A stretch of 64,000 bases of DNA from an uncultured Actinomycetota bacterium (GTDB lineage: Bacteria; Actinomycetota; Actinomycetes; Propionibacteriales; Nocardioidaceae), in NCBI GenBank assembly GCA_963837595.1, contig CAWIOB010000011.1, positions 1,397 to 65,396 of the forward strand, written 5' to 3'. Position numbers and translations under genes: made by a program. The notes below the pieces were generated by a model. The model saw only the letters and a list, made by a program, of their open reading frames with translations. It searched no databases and was not told where the DNA came from. Below, piece by piece: positions 29,854 to 40,857 of this stretch (the stretch's first letter is position 1; every line of letters starts with the position of its first letter).

Positions 29854-30318
29854 ATGACCAAGATCCAACTCACCGTCGACGGAGCGTCGGTCTCCGACGA
29901 CGTCGAGCCCCGCATGCTCCTCGTGCAGTACCTGCGCGAGAAGCTCGGCAAGACCGGCACCGTCATCGGTTGCGACACCAGCAACTGTGGCGCCTGCACC
30001 GTGCACCTCGACGGCAGGAGCGTGAAGTCCTGCAACGTGCTGGCCGTCCAGGCCGACGGTCACGAGGTCACCACCATCGAGGGGCTCGCCCAGGACGGCG
30101 AGCTGCACCCCGTCCAAGCCGCCTTCCATGAGTGTCACGCCCTCCAGTGCGGATTCTGTACGCCGGGCATGATCATGCAGTGCGTCGATCTCCTCAAGGA
30201 GAACCCACACCCGACCGAGGCCGAGATCCGGGAAGGCATCGAGGGCAACCTGTGCCGGTGCACCGGTTACCACAACATCGTCAAGGCCGTGGAGCACGCC
30301 GCGGGAGGTGCCAAGTGA
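29854..30318 (+). CDS. coxS: molybdenum hydroxylase 2Fe-2S subunit
   Basis: [29 protein letters not shown]. Confidence 0.93.
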   Translation: MTKIQLTVDGASVSDDVEPRMLLVQYLREKLGKTGTVIGCDTSNCGACTVHLDGRSVKSCNVLAVQADGHEVTTIEGLAQDGELHPVQAAFHECHALQCGFCTPGMIMQCVDLLKENPHPTEAEIREGIEGNLCRCTGYHNIVKAVEHAAGGAK

Positions 30319-32765
30319 CCGCCGTCCAGGAACCCGTCGCAGCCAAGGAGATCGGCCGCGAGCGCCGCCGCAAGGAGGACCAGCGGCTGATCACCGGTCG
30401 CACCCGCTGGACCGACAACATCACGCTGCCCGGCATGCTGCACCTCGCCATGGTGCGCAGCCCCTTCGCGCACGCCATGATCACCGCGATCAACACCGAC
30501 GACGCCAAGGCAGCGACCAACGTCGTCACCGTGATCACGGGACGTGACGTCGCCGAGGAGCAGGGCTCGCTGCCCAACGCCTGGCCGATCACCCCCGACC
30601 AGGTGACCCCGGCCCACCCCCCGGTGGCCGTCGACCGGGTCACCTTCGCCGGCGAGATCGTCGCTGTCGTGGTCGCCCGGACGGCCGCGGAGGCCCGCGA
30701 CGCCGCCGAGCTGGTGGACGTCGACTACGAAGAGTTGCCGGCCGCGCTCGACCTGAGGGAGTCCGCGGAGGACAAGGTGCTCGCGCACCCCGACCTCGGC
30801 ACCAACAAGTCCGCACTGTGGCAGTTCGACTCCGCTGCCGCAGGCACGGGCGGTGACGTCAATGCGGCCATCGAGAAGGCCCGCGGCGACGGCATCGTCG
30901 TCGAGCGGGAGTTCCGTCAACAGCGGCTGATCCCGGCGTTCATGGAGCCACGCTCCGTCGTCGTCGACCCCACCGGTGAACAGATCACCATGTGGTCCGC
31001 GACGCAGATCCCGCACATCCTGCGGTTCCTGCTGGCCGCTGTCCTGGGCATCCCGGAGCAGAAGATCCGGGTGATCGCGCCCGACGTCGGTGGTGGGTTC
31101 GGCGGCAAGCTGCAGACCACACCCGAGGAGTTCATCGCCATGGTGCTGGCTCGCCGCCTGGGCAAGCCGGTGAAGTACACCGAGACCCGTTCCGAGTCGC
31201 TCGTGGCTGGTCACCACGGCCGGGACCAGTGGCAGAAGCTGACGCTGTCGGCCGAGAAGGACGGCACGGTCACCGGGTTCAAGGTCGAGCTGCTCGCCGA
31301 CCTGGGCTCGTACGTCTCCTTGGTGGGTGGCGGCGTCCCGGTGCTGGGCGCCTTCATGTTCAACTCGATCTACAAGTTCCCGGCCTACCACTTCAGCTGC
31401 CAGACGGTGTTGACCAACAAGACCTGGACCGATGCCTACCGCGGTGCCGGTCGCCCGGAGGCGACGTTCGGGATCGAGCGGATGATGGACGAGCTGGCCG
31501 TGGAGCTCGACATGGAGCCCCTGGAGCTGCGCGCCAAGAACTGGATCACCAACACCGAGTTCCCCTTCACCACGGTGGCCGGGCTCGAGTACGACTCCGG
31601 CAACTACGAGGAGGCGACCGCGCTCGCCAAGGAGCACTTCGGCTACGACGAGCTGCGGGCGGAGCAGAAGACGCGTCGTGAGTCCGGCGATCCGGTCCAG
31701 CTGGGCATCGGCATCTCCACGTTCACCGAGATGTGTGGTCTCGCGCCCTCCCGGGTGCTCGGCTCGCTCGACTACGGCGCCGGCGGCTGGGAGCACGCCG
31801 AGGTCCGGATGCTGCCCACCGGCAAGGTCGAGGTCGTCACCGGAGCCTCCGCTCACGGCCAGGGCCACGAGACGGCGTTCAGCCAGATCGTCGCCGACCG
31901 GCTGGGGGTCGCGTTCGAGGACGTGGAGGTCCTGCACGGTGACACCCAGGTGGCACCCAAGGGTCTCGACACCTACGGATCACGATCGCTCGTGGTCGGT
32001 GGCGAGGCGCTGGTGAAAGCGGTCGACAAGGTGATCGAGAAGGCCAAGCCGATCGCGGCCCACCTCCTCGAGGCCTCGGTCGACGACATCGAGTTCGCTG
32101 CTGGTCGGCTCGGCGTACGCGGAACCGACAAGGGCATGGCCATCGGCGAGGTGGCGCTGGCGACCTTCGCAGCCCACAACCTGCCGGACGGTGTGGAGGC
32201 CAACCTCGACTCGTCGGCGACCTACGACCCGATCAACTTCAACTACCCGCACGGCACCCACCTCTGCGCCATGGAGGTCGACACCGAGACCGGCGCTGTG
32301 AAGATGCGCAAGTACACCTGCGTCGACGACATCGGCAACATCATCAACCCGCTCATCGTGGCCGGTCAGGTGCATGGGGGGCTGGTGCAGGGCATCGCCC
32401 AGGCGCTGTGGGAGGAGGCCGTCTACGACAGTGCGGGCACGCTGGTGTCGGGGTCGTTCGTCGACTACCTGGTCCCCACCGCCGCCGACACGATCAGCTT
32501 CGACATCGACCACCGCAGCACCGCGTCGCTGACCAACACCCTGGGCACCAAGGGGGTCGGCGAGGCAGGCACCATCGCTTCGACACCCGCTGTCGTGAAT
32601 GCCGTGCTCGACGCGGTGCGTCAGTTCGGGGTGAAGGACATCCAGATGCCCTGCACTCCCGAACGGGTCTGGAAGGCCATCCATGCCTCCGGTGACGGAG
32701 GCGCAGATGCGACCACCGGTGATGCCATGCCGCACTTCGACGAGTCAGAAGGAGGGGTCCAGTGA
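30315..32765 (+). CDS. coxL: molybdenum hydroxylase large subunit, form II CoxL-like
   Basis: VGGGFGGK, active-site [26 protein letters not shown]; S-L-M gene order. Confidence 0.92.
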   Translation: MTAVQEPVAAKEIGRERRRKEDQRLITGRTRWTDNITLPGMLHLAMVRSPFAHAMITAINTDDAKAATNVVTVITGRDVAEEQGSLPNAWPITPDQVTPAHPPVAVDRVTFAGEIVAVVVARTAAEARDAAELVDVDYEELPAALDLRESAEDKVLAHPDLGTNKSALWQFDSAAAGTGGDVNAAIEKARGDGIVVEREFRQQRLIPAFMEPRSVVVDPTGEQITMWSATQIPHILRFLLAAVLGIPEQKIRVIAPDVGGGFGGKLQTTPEEFIAMVLARRLGKPVKYTETRSESLVAGHHGRDQWQKLTLSAEKDGTVTGFKVELLADLGSYVSLVGGGVPVLGAFMFNSIYKFPAYHFSCQTVLTNKTWTDAYRGAGRPEATFGIERMMDELAVELDMEPLELRAKNWITNTEFPFTTVAGLEYDSGNYEEATALAKEHFGYDELRAEQKTRRESGDPVQLGIGISTFTEMCGLAPSRVLGSLDYGAGGWEHAEVRMLPTGKVEVVTGASAHGQGHETAFSQIVADRLGVAFEDVEVLHGDTQVAPKGLDTYGSRSLVVGGEALVKAVDKVIEKAKPIAAHLLEASVDDIEFAAGRLGVRGTDKGMAIGEVALATFAAHNLPDGVEANLDSSATYDPINFNYPHGTHLCAMEVDTETGAVKMRKYTCVDDIGNIINPLIVAGQVHGGLVQGIAQALWEEAVYDSAGTLVSGSFVDYLVPTAADTISFDIDHRSTASLTNTLGTKGVGEAGTIASTPAVVNAVLDAVRQFGVKDIQMPCTPERVWKAIHASGDGGADATTGDAMPHFDESEGGVQ

Positions 32766-33616
32766 TCCCCGCACAGTTCGACTACGTGGCGCCGGCGTCG
32801 GTGGAGGAGGCGCTCGCCGTCCTTGCCGAGCACGGTGACGACGCCAAGGTCATCGCCGGAGGCCAGAGCCTCCTCCCCGTGCTCAGGATGCGGCTGAATG
32901 CGCCGGAGATGGTCGTGGACCTCGCCAAGATCGACTCCTTGCGTGGCATCCGCGACGACGGCGACGCCATCGTCATCGGCGCCATGACCATCCACTCCGA
33001 CGTGGGCAGCAGCGAACTCGTGGCCGAGCACGCGGCGCTGATCACCAAGGCGGTCGCGCACCTCGCCGACAACCAGATCAGGCATCGCGGCACCTTCGGC
33101 GGAGCGCTCGCGCACGCCGACCCTGCCGGTGACCTCGGAGCGCCAGCGCTGGCCCTCGGCGCAGAGTTCGTGATCGCTGGTCAGGGCGGGACCCGCACCG
33201 TCTCGGCGGACGACTTCTTCGTCGACCTCTTCGAGACGGCGATCGGGGAGGGTGAGCTGCTCACCGAGATCCGGATCCCCAAGCACACCGGGTGGGGTGC
33301 CCACTACGAGAAGTTCGTACGCGTCGCCCACCAGTGGCCGATCGTGGCCGTGGCGGCGACGATCCGCTCGGAGGGTGGCACCATCGCCGAGGCGCGGATC
33401 GGCCTGACCAACATGGGTTCGACGCCGTTGCGCGCGGCCGTGGTGGAGCGGGCCCTGGTGGGTCAGCCGGCCACCGACGAGGCGGTGCGGGCAGCGGCTG
33501 CGGCGGCGGCCGACGGCACCAACCCGCCATCCGACCTCAACGGTGACAGCGACTACCGCAAACACCTGGCCACCGTCCTGACCCGTCGTGCCGTGCTCGC
33601 GGCGGCAGGAGCGTGA
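32762..33616 (+). CDS. coxM: molybdenum hydroxylase FAD subunit
   Basis: MIPAQFDY, AGGQSLLP, QIRHRGTFGG, HADPAGD. Confidence 0.93.
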   Translation: MIPAQFDYVAPASVEEALAVLAEHGDDAKVIAGGQSLLPVLRMRLNAPEMVVDLAKIDSLRGIRDDGDAIVIGAMTIHSDVGSSELVAEHAALITKAVAHLADNQIRHRGTFGGALAHADPAGDLGAPALALGAEFVIAGQGGTRTVSADDFFVDLFETAIGEGELLTEIRIPKHTGWGAHYEKFVRVAHQWPIVAVAATIRSEGGTIAEARIGLTNMGSTPLRAAVVERALVGQPATDEAVRAAAAAAADGTNPPSDLNGDSDYRKHLATVLTRRAVLAAAGA

Positions 33617-33620
33617 GCGG

Positions 33621-34313
33621 GTGGAGCTGACCCACGAGTTCACGGTTCCGGCCTCACTCGACGAGACCTGGGCGGCCTTCAACGACATCGAGTCGGTCGG
33701 TGGATGCTTCCCGGGTGCTGTCGTCACCTCGGTCGAGGGCGACACGTTCCAAGGCTCCTGCAAGGTCAAGCTGGGTCCGATCGCGTTGGTCTACAACGGC
33801 ACGGGCACCTTCATCGAGAAGGACGAGTCGTCCCACACGATGAAGATCCAGGCCAAGGGCAAGGACAAGCGCGGCAACGGCACCGCAGGCGCCGACGTGG
33901 TGGCGACGATGGTCGACTCCGGGGACGGCACCACCGTCAAGGTGGTGACAGACCTGGCGATCACCGGCAAGCCGGCCCAGTTCGGGCGGGGCGTCATGCA
34001 GGATGTGAGCGACAAGCTGCTCGGGCAGTTCGTCGAGTGTCTCAAGACCAAGGTCGGCGATTCCGTCGAGGACGCGCCCACGGCACCAGAAGCCGTGGGC
34101 GAGCCGGAGACGGCTGCCGCCGCCCCTGCGCCCACCCCCACTCCGGCTCCCACGGCGCGATCGGTCGCCGCGCCGCCGCCTGCGACTGAGGACGACGCCC
34201 TGGACCTGGGGGCGACCGTGATCCCGATCCTGATCAAGAGCTATGGCAAGCAGATCGCAGCCGGGGTCGGCATCGTCGCGGTGCTGGTGATCCTGTGGAG
34301 GCTGATCCGCTGA
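33621..34313 (+). CDS. coxG: CoxG/SRPBCC membrane anchor
   Basis: CFPGA, VKLGPI, GKPAQFGRG, Pro/Ala linker, C-terminal TM. Confidence 0.9.
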   Translation: MELTHEFTVPASLDETWAAFNDIESVGGCFPGAVVTSVEGDTFQGSCKVKLGPIALVYNGTGTFIEKDESSHTMKIQAKGKDKRGNGTAGADVVATMVDSGDGTTVKVVTDLAITGKPAQFGRGVMQDVSDKLLGQFVECLKTKVGDSVEDAPTAPEAVGEPETAAAAPAPTPTPAPTARSVAAPPPATEDDALDLGATVIPILIKSYGKQIAAGVGIVAVLVILWRLIR

Positions 34314-34337
34314 CCGGCTCGCAGGCGAGGGGCTCGA

Positions 34338-34961
34338 TCAGAAGACGTTGAGGGGACGGAACTGCACCGAGACCCGGGGCCCGCTGTGCGCGGTCTTGGG
34401 CACAGCGTGCTCCCAGGTGCGCTGGCACGAACCTCCCATCACGAGCAGGTCGCCGTGGCCCATCGTGAAAGCGACCGACGAGCCGCCGGCTCGGGGTCGC
34501 AGCAGCAGTCGGCGAGGATCGCCGAACGACACGATCGCGACCAGGGTGTCCTCGCTGCGGCCGCGACCGATCGTGTCGCCGTGCCAGGCGACGCTGTCTC
34601 GGCCGTCGCGGTAGTAGCAGCAGCCGGCGGTCACGAACGGCTCGCCCAACGTGGGCAGGTAGTGACGTGACAGGACGTCCCGGGCGGTGACCAGCCCAGG
34701 ATGGGGAAGTGAGTCGTTCGCGCCGTAGGTGTGCACCAGGCGCGGAACATCGACCACCCGGTCGTACATCTCACGCCGTTCGGCGCGCCACGGCACGTCG
34801 TTGACCAGGGTGGAGAACAGATCGTCGGCACCCGACACCCAGTTGGGGCGTACGTCGATCCAGGCGCCGCGCGTCAGCGGCGTGCGCTGGACGCCGGCCA
34901 TCGACCGGATGGACACGGCCGGTGCGGTGTCGAAGAGGTTGCCCTGGATCTCGACGGTCAC
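34338..34961 (-). CDS. AlkB-like 2OG-Fe(II) dioxygenase
   Basis: YYRDGRDSVAWHGD, WEHAVPK, RVSVQFR. Confidence 0.9.
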   Translation of the reverse strand: MTVEIQGNLFDTAPAVSIRSMAGVQRTPLTRGAWIDVRPNWVSGADDLFSTLVNDVPWRAERREMYDRVVDVPRLVHTYGANDSLPHPGLVTARDVLSRHYLPTLGEPFVTAGCCYYRDGRDSVAWHGDTIGRGRSEDTLVAIVSFGDPRRLLLRPRAGGSSVAFTMGHGDLLVMGGSCQRTWEHAVPKTAHSGPRVSVQFRPLNVF

Positions 34962-34982
34962 GCGTCGAGACTACCACGCGAA

Positions 34983-34998
34983 TCGAACAGGTGTTCGA
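34983..34998. promoter_or_regulatory. LexA SOS box
   Basis: TCGAAC-AGGT-GTTCGA, perfect actinobacterial consensus, just upstream of the leaderless alkB -10 (TAGTCT). Confidence 0.88.
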
Positions 34999-35071
34999 GA
35001 CAGGTCATCTCGGGGTCGCCTCAGGGGAATCCCGGTAGCCGAGTGTCGACGGCTCCGGGCAGAGTGGTGCC

Positions 35072-35821
35072 ATGACCACCACGTTGACTGTCGGCCCTGC
35101 AGCCCGGGTCGAGCACCTGACCAAGACCTACGGCACCGGCGAAGCGCGAGTGGTCGCGCTCGACGACGTCACCTTGGCCATCAACGCTGGCGAGTTCACC
35201 GCCGTGATGGGGCCGAGCGGTTCGGGGAAGTCGACGCTCATGCACTGTTGTGCGGCCCTCGACACCGGTGACACTGGTGCCGTCTACATCGGTGATCAGA
35301 ACCTCGTCGGCATGAAGGACAAGGCGCTCACCGCCTTGCGGCGCGACGCGATCGGCTTCGTCTTCCAGTCCTTCAACCTCGTGCCCACCCTCACGGCTCA
35401 GGAGAACATCCTGCTGCCGCTGTCGATCGCGGGTCGCAAGCCCGACCCCGACTGGTTCCGCAGCGTGATCGACACCGTGGACCTCGGAGACCGGTTGCAC
35501 CACAAGCCCAACGAGCTCTCCGGGGGACAGCAGCAGCGAGTCGCGGTCGCCCGGGCGCTCGTCAGCCGCCCCCGCATCGTCTTCGCCGACGAACCGACCG
35601 GCAACCTCGACAGCCACAGCGGTGCCGAGGTCCTCGGCCTGCTCCGCGACAGCGTCAAGCAGCACGGACAGACCATCGTGATGGTGACACACGATCCGGT
35701 GGCTGCGGCCTACACCGACCGGGTGGTGTTCCTGGCCGACGGGCGGGTCGTCCACGAGCTGCGTCAGCCGAGCCGGGAGCAGATCCTCGAGACCATGTCC
35801 GAGATGACCGCGAGGGGCTGA
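35072..35821 (+). CDS. ABC transporter ATP-binding protein (LolD/MacB type)
   Basis: GPSGSGKST, LSGGQQQRV, FADEPTGNLD. Confidence 0.95.
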   Translation: MTTTLTVGPAARVEHLTKTYGTGEARVVALDDVTLAINAGEFTAVMGPSGSGKSTLMHCCAALDTGDTGAVYIGDQNLVGMKDKALTALRRDAIGFVFQSFNLVPTLTAQENILLPLSIAGRKPDPDWFRSVIDTVDLGDRLHHKPNELSGGQQQRVAVARALVSRPRIVFADEPTGNLDSHSGAEVLGLLRDSVKQHGQTIVMVTHDPVAAAYTDRVVFLADGRVVHELRQPSREQILETMSEMTARG

Positions 35822-35823
35822 TC

Positions 35824-38367
35824 ATGCTCAAGGTCACCTGGCGCAACCTGATCGCCCGCAAGGTCCGGCTGCTCCTGTCCGGCATGGCGATCGTGATCGG
35901 CGTCGCCTTCGTCGCCGGATCGTTCATCTTCACCGACTCCCTGGGTGGGGCCTTCGACGACATCATCGAGGGCTCGACCGCCGACGTGGAGATCGCTCCC
36001 GCCGGCGCGAACGACTTCGACTCGGTCCAGGACTCGCGCACCATCCCGGCCTCGGTGGTGGCCGATCTCGAGGCCCTCCCCGAGGTGGGTTCGGTCCACC
36101 CCCAGAACGGGCTGCAGACGGTGTTCGTGATCGGCAGTGACGGCAAGGTGGTCGGCGGCAACGGGCCGCCGGGCCTGGCGTTCAACCCGAGTGGCGCGAC
36201 GTCGTTGACCGGCAACCCGATCATCGAGGTCACCGAGGGCGAGCTTCCGTCCGGACCCTTCCAGATCGCCCTCGACGAGGCGACGGCCGACAAGGGCGGC
36301 TACGACGTGGGAGACACGGTCAAGCTGGTCACGCCAGGCACGCCGCCGACCATGGAGGCGACACTCACCGGCCTGGTCGAGTTCGGCAACGGCAGCGGGC
36401 TCAACGGGGCGACGCTGACCCTGTTCGAGAGCCGGTTCATGCAGGACCAGTTCTTCGGGGGCAAGGACGTCTACTCCACCATCTCCCTCAATGCGGCCGA
36501 CGGCGTCAGCCAGGAGGAGCTGCGTGCAGCCGCGCAGACCGTGCTGCCCAACGGCGTCCAGGCTCGCACCGGCGACGAATACGTGAAGACCAACCAGGAC
36601 GCGCTCGACGAGATCCTCGGCTTCATCCAGACCTTCCTCCTGGTGTTCGCGGGGGTCTCGCTGGTGGTCGGCGTGTTCATGATCATCAACACCTTCTCGA
36701 TCCTGGTGGCCCAGCGCAGTCGCGAGCTGGCGCTCCTGCGAACCTTGGGCGCCTCGAAGCGCCAGGTCACCGTGTCGGTCGTCCTGGAGGCACTCGCGGT
36801 CGGGATCGTCGGCTCCACGATCGGCCTGGGTGTGGGCTATCTGCTGGCCCGGGGTCTCGCGGCGATCTTCGGCCTGCTCGGCCTCGACCTCGGCAACGCC
36901 AGCTATCCGATCACCGTGCCGACCGTGGTCTGGTCCTACGTCGTCGGCATCCTGGTGACGGTCATCGCTGCCTACCTTCCGGCCCGCCGCGCCTCGACGA
37001 TCGCCCCCATCCAGGCTCTGCGCGACGACGGCTCGCTGCCCGAGACGGCGCTGCGCCGCCGCCTGATCATCGGAGGGGTGTCGATCCTCGCCGGGCTCGG
37101 CAGCCTGGTCGCGGGATTCGCCCGTGACGGCGCGCTCGGCCTGAGCCTGATCGGACTCGGGATGCTCCTCGTCCTCGTCGGGGTCGCCCTGATCAGCCCG
37201 ATCGCGGCGGTCCCGGTGATCAGTGCCTTCTCGGCGCCCTACCGGGTCTTCGGCACGGTGGGGCAGCTCGCCACCCAGAACTCCCTGCGCAATCCACGAC
37301 GGACGGCGGCCACCGCGAGCGCTCTGATGGTCGGGCTCGCCCTGGTGGCGATGATCTCGATCCTGGGCCGTTCGGCATCTGCCTCGACCGAGGCCGCCCT
37401 GAAGGAGAACCTGACCTCGCAGTTCATCGTCTCCAACGTGGTGCAGCAACCGTTCTCCACCGACGTGGCCGCCGAGATCCGCAAGGTCGACGGGGTGGCC
37501 AGCGTCGCCAGCCTGCGCTCGGCCTACGTGGAGCTCGACGGCGCCGGGGTGCAGGTGGGTGCCATCGATCCTGCCGTGTTCGCGCAGGCGTTGGCCTTGC
37601 CGATGGCCACCGGGGCCGTCTCGGACCTCAGATCCGGCACCGTCATCCTCAGCAAGGGACGCGCCGAGAGCCTCGGTGTCTCGGTCGGTGACACCACGAC
37701 CCTGAAGATGCAGGGCGGCAGCGTGCCGTTGACCGTGGCCGGCGTGCTGGCGACCACAGCGGTGGTGCCGGCGGAGGCCCTGGTCACCTTCGACACCCTG
37801 ACCAAGGGGGGCCTGGCGCCGCTGGACTCCCTGGTCCTCGTGACCAAGGACCCAGGAGCCGACACGGCGACGGTGCGCGACGACATCGAGGCGATCACCA
37901 AGGATCTGCCGACCGTGACGGTCAAGGACCCGGAGGGTCTCGCCGCCGAGCAGCAGAAGCAGGTCAACACCTTCCTCAACCTCATCTACGGGCTGCTCGG
38001 GCTGTCGGTCGTGATCGCTATCCTCGGTGTGATCAACACCCTCAGCCTCTCGGTCATCGAACGGACCCGCGAGATCGGCCTGCTCCGAGCGATCGGGATG
38101 AGCCGTCGACAGCTGCGGCGGATGATCCGGCTCGAGTCCGTCGTGGTGGCCGTCTTCGGCGCCCTGCTGGGCATGGCCCTTGGCCTGGCGTTCGGGGCCG
38201 GACTCATCTTCGCCCTGCGCGATCAGGGCCTGACCGAGCTGTCGATCCCCTGGATCCGACTGGTGATCTTCGTGGTCGCGGCAGCGGTCGTCGGCGTTCT
38301 CGCGGCCTACTTCCCGGCTCGACGAGCAGCGAAGCTCGACGTGCTGCGAGCCATCTCGACCGAGTAG
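35824..38367 (+). CDS. FtsX-like ABC permease (duplicated domains)
   Basis: NTFSILVAQRSRELALLR, RNPRRTAATASAL, ERTREIGLLRAIG. Confidence 0.93.
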   Translation: MLKVTWRNLIARKVRLLLSGMAIVIGVAFVAGSFIFTDSLGGAFDDIIEGSTADVEIAPAGANDFDSVQDSRTIPASVVADLEALPEVGSVHPQNGLQTVFVIGSDGKVVGGNGPPGLAFNPSGATSLTGNPIIEVTEGELPSGPFQIALDEATADKGGYDVGDTVKLVTPGTPPTMEATLTGLVEFGNGSGLNGATLTLFESRFMQDQFFGGKDVYSTISLNAADGVSQEELRAAAQTVLPNGVQARTGDEYVKTNQDALDEILGFIQTFLLVFAGVSLVVGVFMIINTFSILVAQRSRELALLRTLGASKRQVTVSVVLEALAVGIVGSTIGLGVGYLLARGLAAIFGLLGLDLGNASYPITVPTVVWSYVVGILVTVIAAYLPARRASTIAPIQALRDDGSLPETALRRRLIIGGVSILAGLGSLVAGFARDGALGLSLIGLGMLLVLVGVALISPIAAVPVISAFSAPYRVFGTVGQLATQNSLRNPRRTAATASALMVGLALVAMISILGRSASASTEAALKENLTSQFIVSNVVQQPFSTDVAAEIRKVDGVASVASLRSAYVELDGAGVQVGAIDPAVFAQALALPMATGAVSDLRSGTVILSKGRAESLGVSVGDTTTLKMQGGSVPLTVAGVLATTAVVPAEALVTFDTLTKGGLAPLDSLVLVTKDPGADTATVRDDIEAITKDLPTVTVKDPEGLAAEQQKQVNTFLNLIYGLLGLSVVIAILGVINTLSLSVIERTREIGLLRAIGMSRRQLRRMIRLESVVVAVFGALLGMALGLAFGAGLIFALRDQGLTELSIPWIRLVIFVVAAAVVGVLAAYFPARRAAKLDVLRAISTE

Positions 38368-38440
38368 CCCCGCAACCGGCTGCCAGGGTGAAATGTCCAG
38401 ATTTGGAGACTCCGCCGAGCCGCATCCCTACAATCGACCC

Positions 38441-39202
38441 ATGATGGAGGTGGTCTCGAACACGGAGTCAGGCGCCCTCCCCGCCTTGAAGCACATCCAG
38501 GTGAGGGAATACGTGCGTGGCCTTGTGGACGGTTGCGAGCCGGGAGCCTCTGCGCCCTCGGAGCGCGAGCTGGTGCAGCGCTTCGGTGTCGCACGGATGA
38601 CCGTTCGGCAGGCCATGGACGCCCTCGTCGGGGAAGGCCTGCTCGTCCGGGTCCCGGGGCGCGGGACCTTCGTCGCCCAGCCGCGCACGCAGCCGGGCAA
38701 GCTGCTGAGCTTCTCCCAGGAGATGACCCAGCGCGGTCTTCTGCCCGAGTCGCAGACACTCATCGCCCGCCGGGAGAAGGCCGGTCCGGGGGTCGCCAAG
38801 GCCCTGAGCCTCACCGAGGGCGACCCGGTCATCCACTGGAAGCGGCTGCGTCGGGCGGACAGTTCACCGGTCTGCGTGGAGGACGCCTACCTCAATGAGG
38901 TGCTGCTGCCGGGCTTCCTGCAGAGTGGCATGCCGACCAGCCTCTACGAGGCCCTCGATGCGCGCGGCCTGCGACCCACGTGGGCAGAGGACTCAGTGTC
39001 GGCCGATCTCGCCACTGCAGAGGAGGCCGCCCACCTCGAGGTCGACCCCGGGACCGCCGTACTCCGTGTCGCCCGCCGTGCCTTGGTCGACGATCGACCC
39101 ATCGAGGTCTCCCGGGCCGTCCTCCGAGGGGACCGCTACACCCTCTGGGTGCAGTTCGACGGTTCCCTCAGGGGTCCGCATCAACGGCGGGGGCGTTGGT
39201 AG
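38441..39202 (+). CDS. GntR/HutC family regulator (UTRA)
   Basis: PSERELVQRFGVARMTVRQA, GRGTFV; leaderless -10 TACAAT at 38429. Confidence 0.92.
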   Translation: MMEVVSNTESGALPALKHIQVREYVRGLVDGCEPGASAPSERELVQRFGVARMTVRQAMDALVGEGLLVRVPGRGTFVAQPRTQPGKLLSFSQEMTQRGLLPESQTLIARREKAGPGVAKALSLTEGDPVIHWKRLRRADSSPVCVEDAYLNEVLLPGFLQSGMPTSLYEALDARGLRPTWAEDSVSADLATAEEAAHLEVDPGTAVLRVARRALVDDRPIEVSRAVLRGDRYTLWVQFDGSLRGPHQRRGRW

Positions 39203-40035
39203 GCGCTGGGTGGGCAGCCGACCAGGCGGCTGAACTCGCGGGCGAAGTGTGCCTGGTCGAACCAGCCGTGGCGGGCGGCCAGATCGGCCAGGGAGCCGTC
39301 GTAGCCATGATCGAGCTCGGTGACGACGTCGTGCATCCGATAGCGGGCGAGCACCCACTTGGGACTTACGCCCACATAGTGGGCGAACAGCCGCTGGAGC
39401 CGCCGAGCGGTCGTCGCGAACCGATCCTCCAGCTGCGCCACCCTGACGAGAGAAGGGTCGTCGAGCATCTCGCCGATGATCTGGAGCACGAACTGGTAGT
39501 CGGCCTCGGGGGTGGTTCCGTCCTGGGCGAGCACCGCATCGACCCGCCGCCGACAGGTGTCCATGTCGAGGGGTGGCCCCAGTGCGTCGAGGGTCGCGTG
39601 GGTGGAGGCGCCCACCACCCCGAGCGCCGGCACGGTGAGGTCTCTCAGCGTCCGGGCGCTGGTGCCGGTCAGACTGGCGAGGCCACCGGGGCGGAACTTC
39701 ACCCCGAACACCCAGCCGACGCCCGCAACATCCACGTCGAAGCGCCGGGTGAGCACCCCGGTCACGACCACGTGCTCCCGGCCGACGCCCGCTCGTCGAT
39801 GGCCCCGTTCGACGCTGAGGGTGCACGCCGGGTGCGGAAGCGTCGAGCTGAGGTACGACGTGCCTGCCGGGAGGTCCCACCTGAGCATCCAGTAGTTCTC
39901 CACCCACGGCGACAAGCTCGGCCCACAGTCGGCGCGCTCGAGCTCGACATAGCGCGCGAACTCGTCGGGCCGCAGCACACCCGCGCCCGTCGTGGTGGCC
40001 TCTGACGCGTTTCTCCAAGCCTCCACGACAGCCAT
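39181..40035 (-). CDS. AraC family regulator
   Basis: GVKFRPGG, RRLQRLFAHYVGVSPKW, GWFDQAHFAREF. Confidence 0.9.
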   Translation of the reverse strand: MAVVEAWRNASEATTTGAGVLRPDEFARYVELERADCGPSLSPWVENYWMLRWDLPAGTSYLSSTLPHPACTLSVERGHRRAGVGREHVVVTGVLTRRFDVDVAGVGWVFGVKFRPGGLASLTGTSARTLRDLTVPALGVVGASTHATLDALGPPLDMDTCRRRVDAVLAQDGTTPEADYQFVLQIIGEMLDDPSLVRVAQLEDRFATTARRLQRLFAHYVGVSPKWVLARYRMHDVVTELDHGYDGSLADLAARHGWFDQAHFAREFSRLVGCPPSAYQRPRR

Positions 40036-40082
40036 CGTAGGAGGCTGGTGGGACACGATCCACCACGACAGAGGAGTCAGCG

Positions 40083-40457
40083 ATGAGCACCCCGGCCGCC
40101 CGCCTTGCCATGGTCACCCTGGACTGCGCCGACCCAGAGGTCTCCGCCACCTTCTGGTCGGGCCTGCTGGGCTGGGAGATCGCCCACGCGGAGCGCGACT
40201 ACGCGATGCTCACGGGGCCGGACCATGCGTTGGGGTTCGGTCGCGTCGAGGACTATGTGGCGCCGGCCTGGCCGAACCAGGGTGGAAGCAAGCAGTTCCA
40301 CTTCGATCTCGCCGTCGCAGACCTCGACGAGGCCGAGCGCATCGCCCTCGAGCTCGGCGCCACCCGCCCCGACGAGCAGCCGGGAGACACCTGGCGTGTG
40401 CTCCTCGACCCCGCTGGTCATCCGTTCTGCCTGACCGATGCCGCGAACTGGGGCTAG
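40083..40457 (+). CDS. VOC/glyoxalase family protein
   Basis: LDCADP, FHFDL, WRVLLDPAGHPFCL. Confidence 0.92.
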   Translation: MSTPAARLAMVTLDCADPEVSATFWSGLLGWEIAHAERDYAMLTGPDHALGFGRVEDYVAPAWPNQGGSKQFHFDLAVADLDEAERIALELGATRPDEQPGDTWRVLLDPAGHPFCLTDAANWG

Positions 40458-40464
40458 CGGCACC

Positions 40465-40809
40465 TCAGGGCAGGGAGCCGAGAGCCGCGACCGTCGCGCC
40501 GGACTCCTCGCACACCCACATCGGGTCCGGTCCACCCAGCTCCGGATGGATGTAGATGGCGTGGGGCTCGTCGGTGTCGCAGGCGGAGCACAGGGGCCAG
40601 CGTCCGACCCGTTCGAGGAGCATGTCCTGGATGTCCTGGGCGACCAGTCCGGCCACGTACGTGCCGCCTTCTGGCCACTGCTCCACCCACCAGCGTCGGG
40701 TGGTGACAGCCTCCTCGAGCAAGGACACGACCTCGGCATCCGCGACCCTGGTGGCCTGCAGGTCGCGCAGCACCAGTGCGCGCGCGACGTACACCGCTGA
40801 CTCATCCAC
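40465..40809 (-). CDS. conserved hypothetical protein with possible Zn site
   Basis: RRWWVEQWPEG..VAGLVAQDIQD..WPLCSAC..H..WVC. Confidence 0.75.
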   Translation of the reverse strand: MDESAVYVARALVLRDLQATRVADAEVVSLLEEAVTTRRWWVEQWPEGGTYVAGLVAQDIQDMLLERVGRWPLCSACDTDEPHAIYIHPELGGPDPMWVCEESGATVAALGSLP

Positions 40810-40857
40810 AGGTTCATCCTGCCGCGATCGGCCAAACCGGCGCCGTAGAGTCTCCCC

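Noticed and set aside
29854-33616. Aerobic CO dehydrogenase (form I)
   Set aside because: The active-site loop is AYRGAGR, not AYXCSFR, and the order is S-L-M. This is form II, so CO oxidation is not supported.
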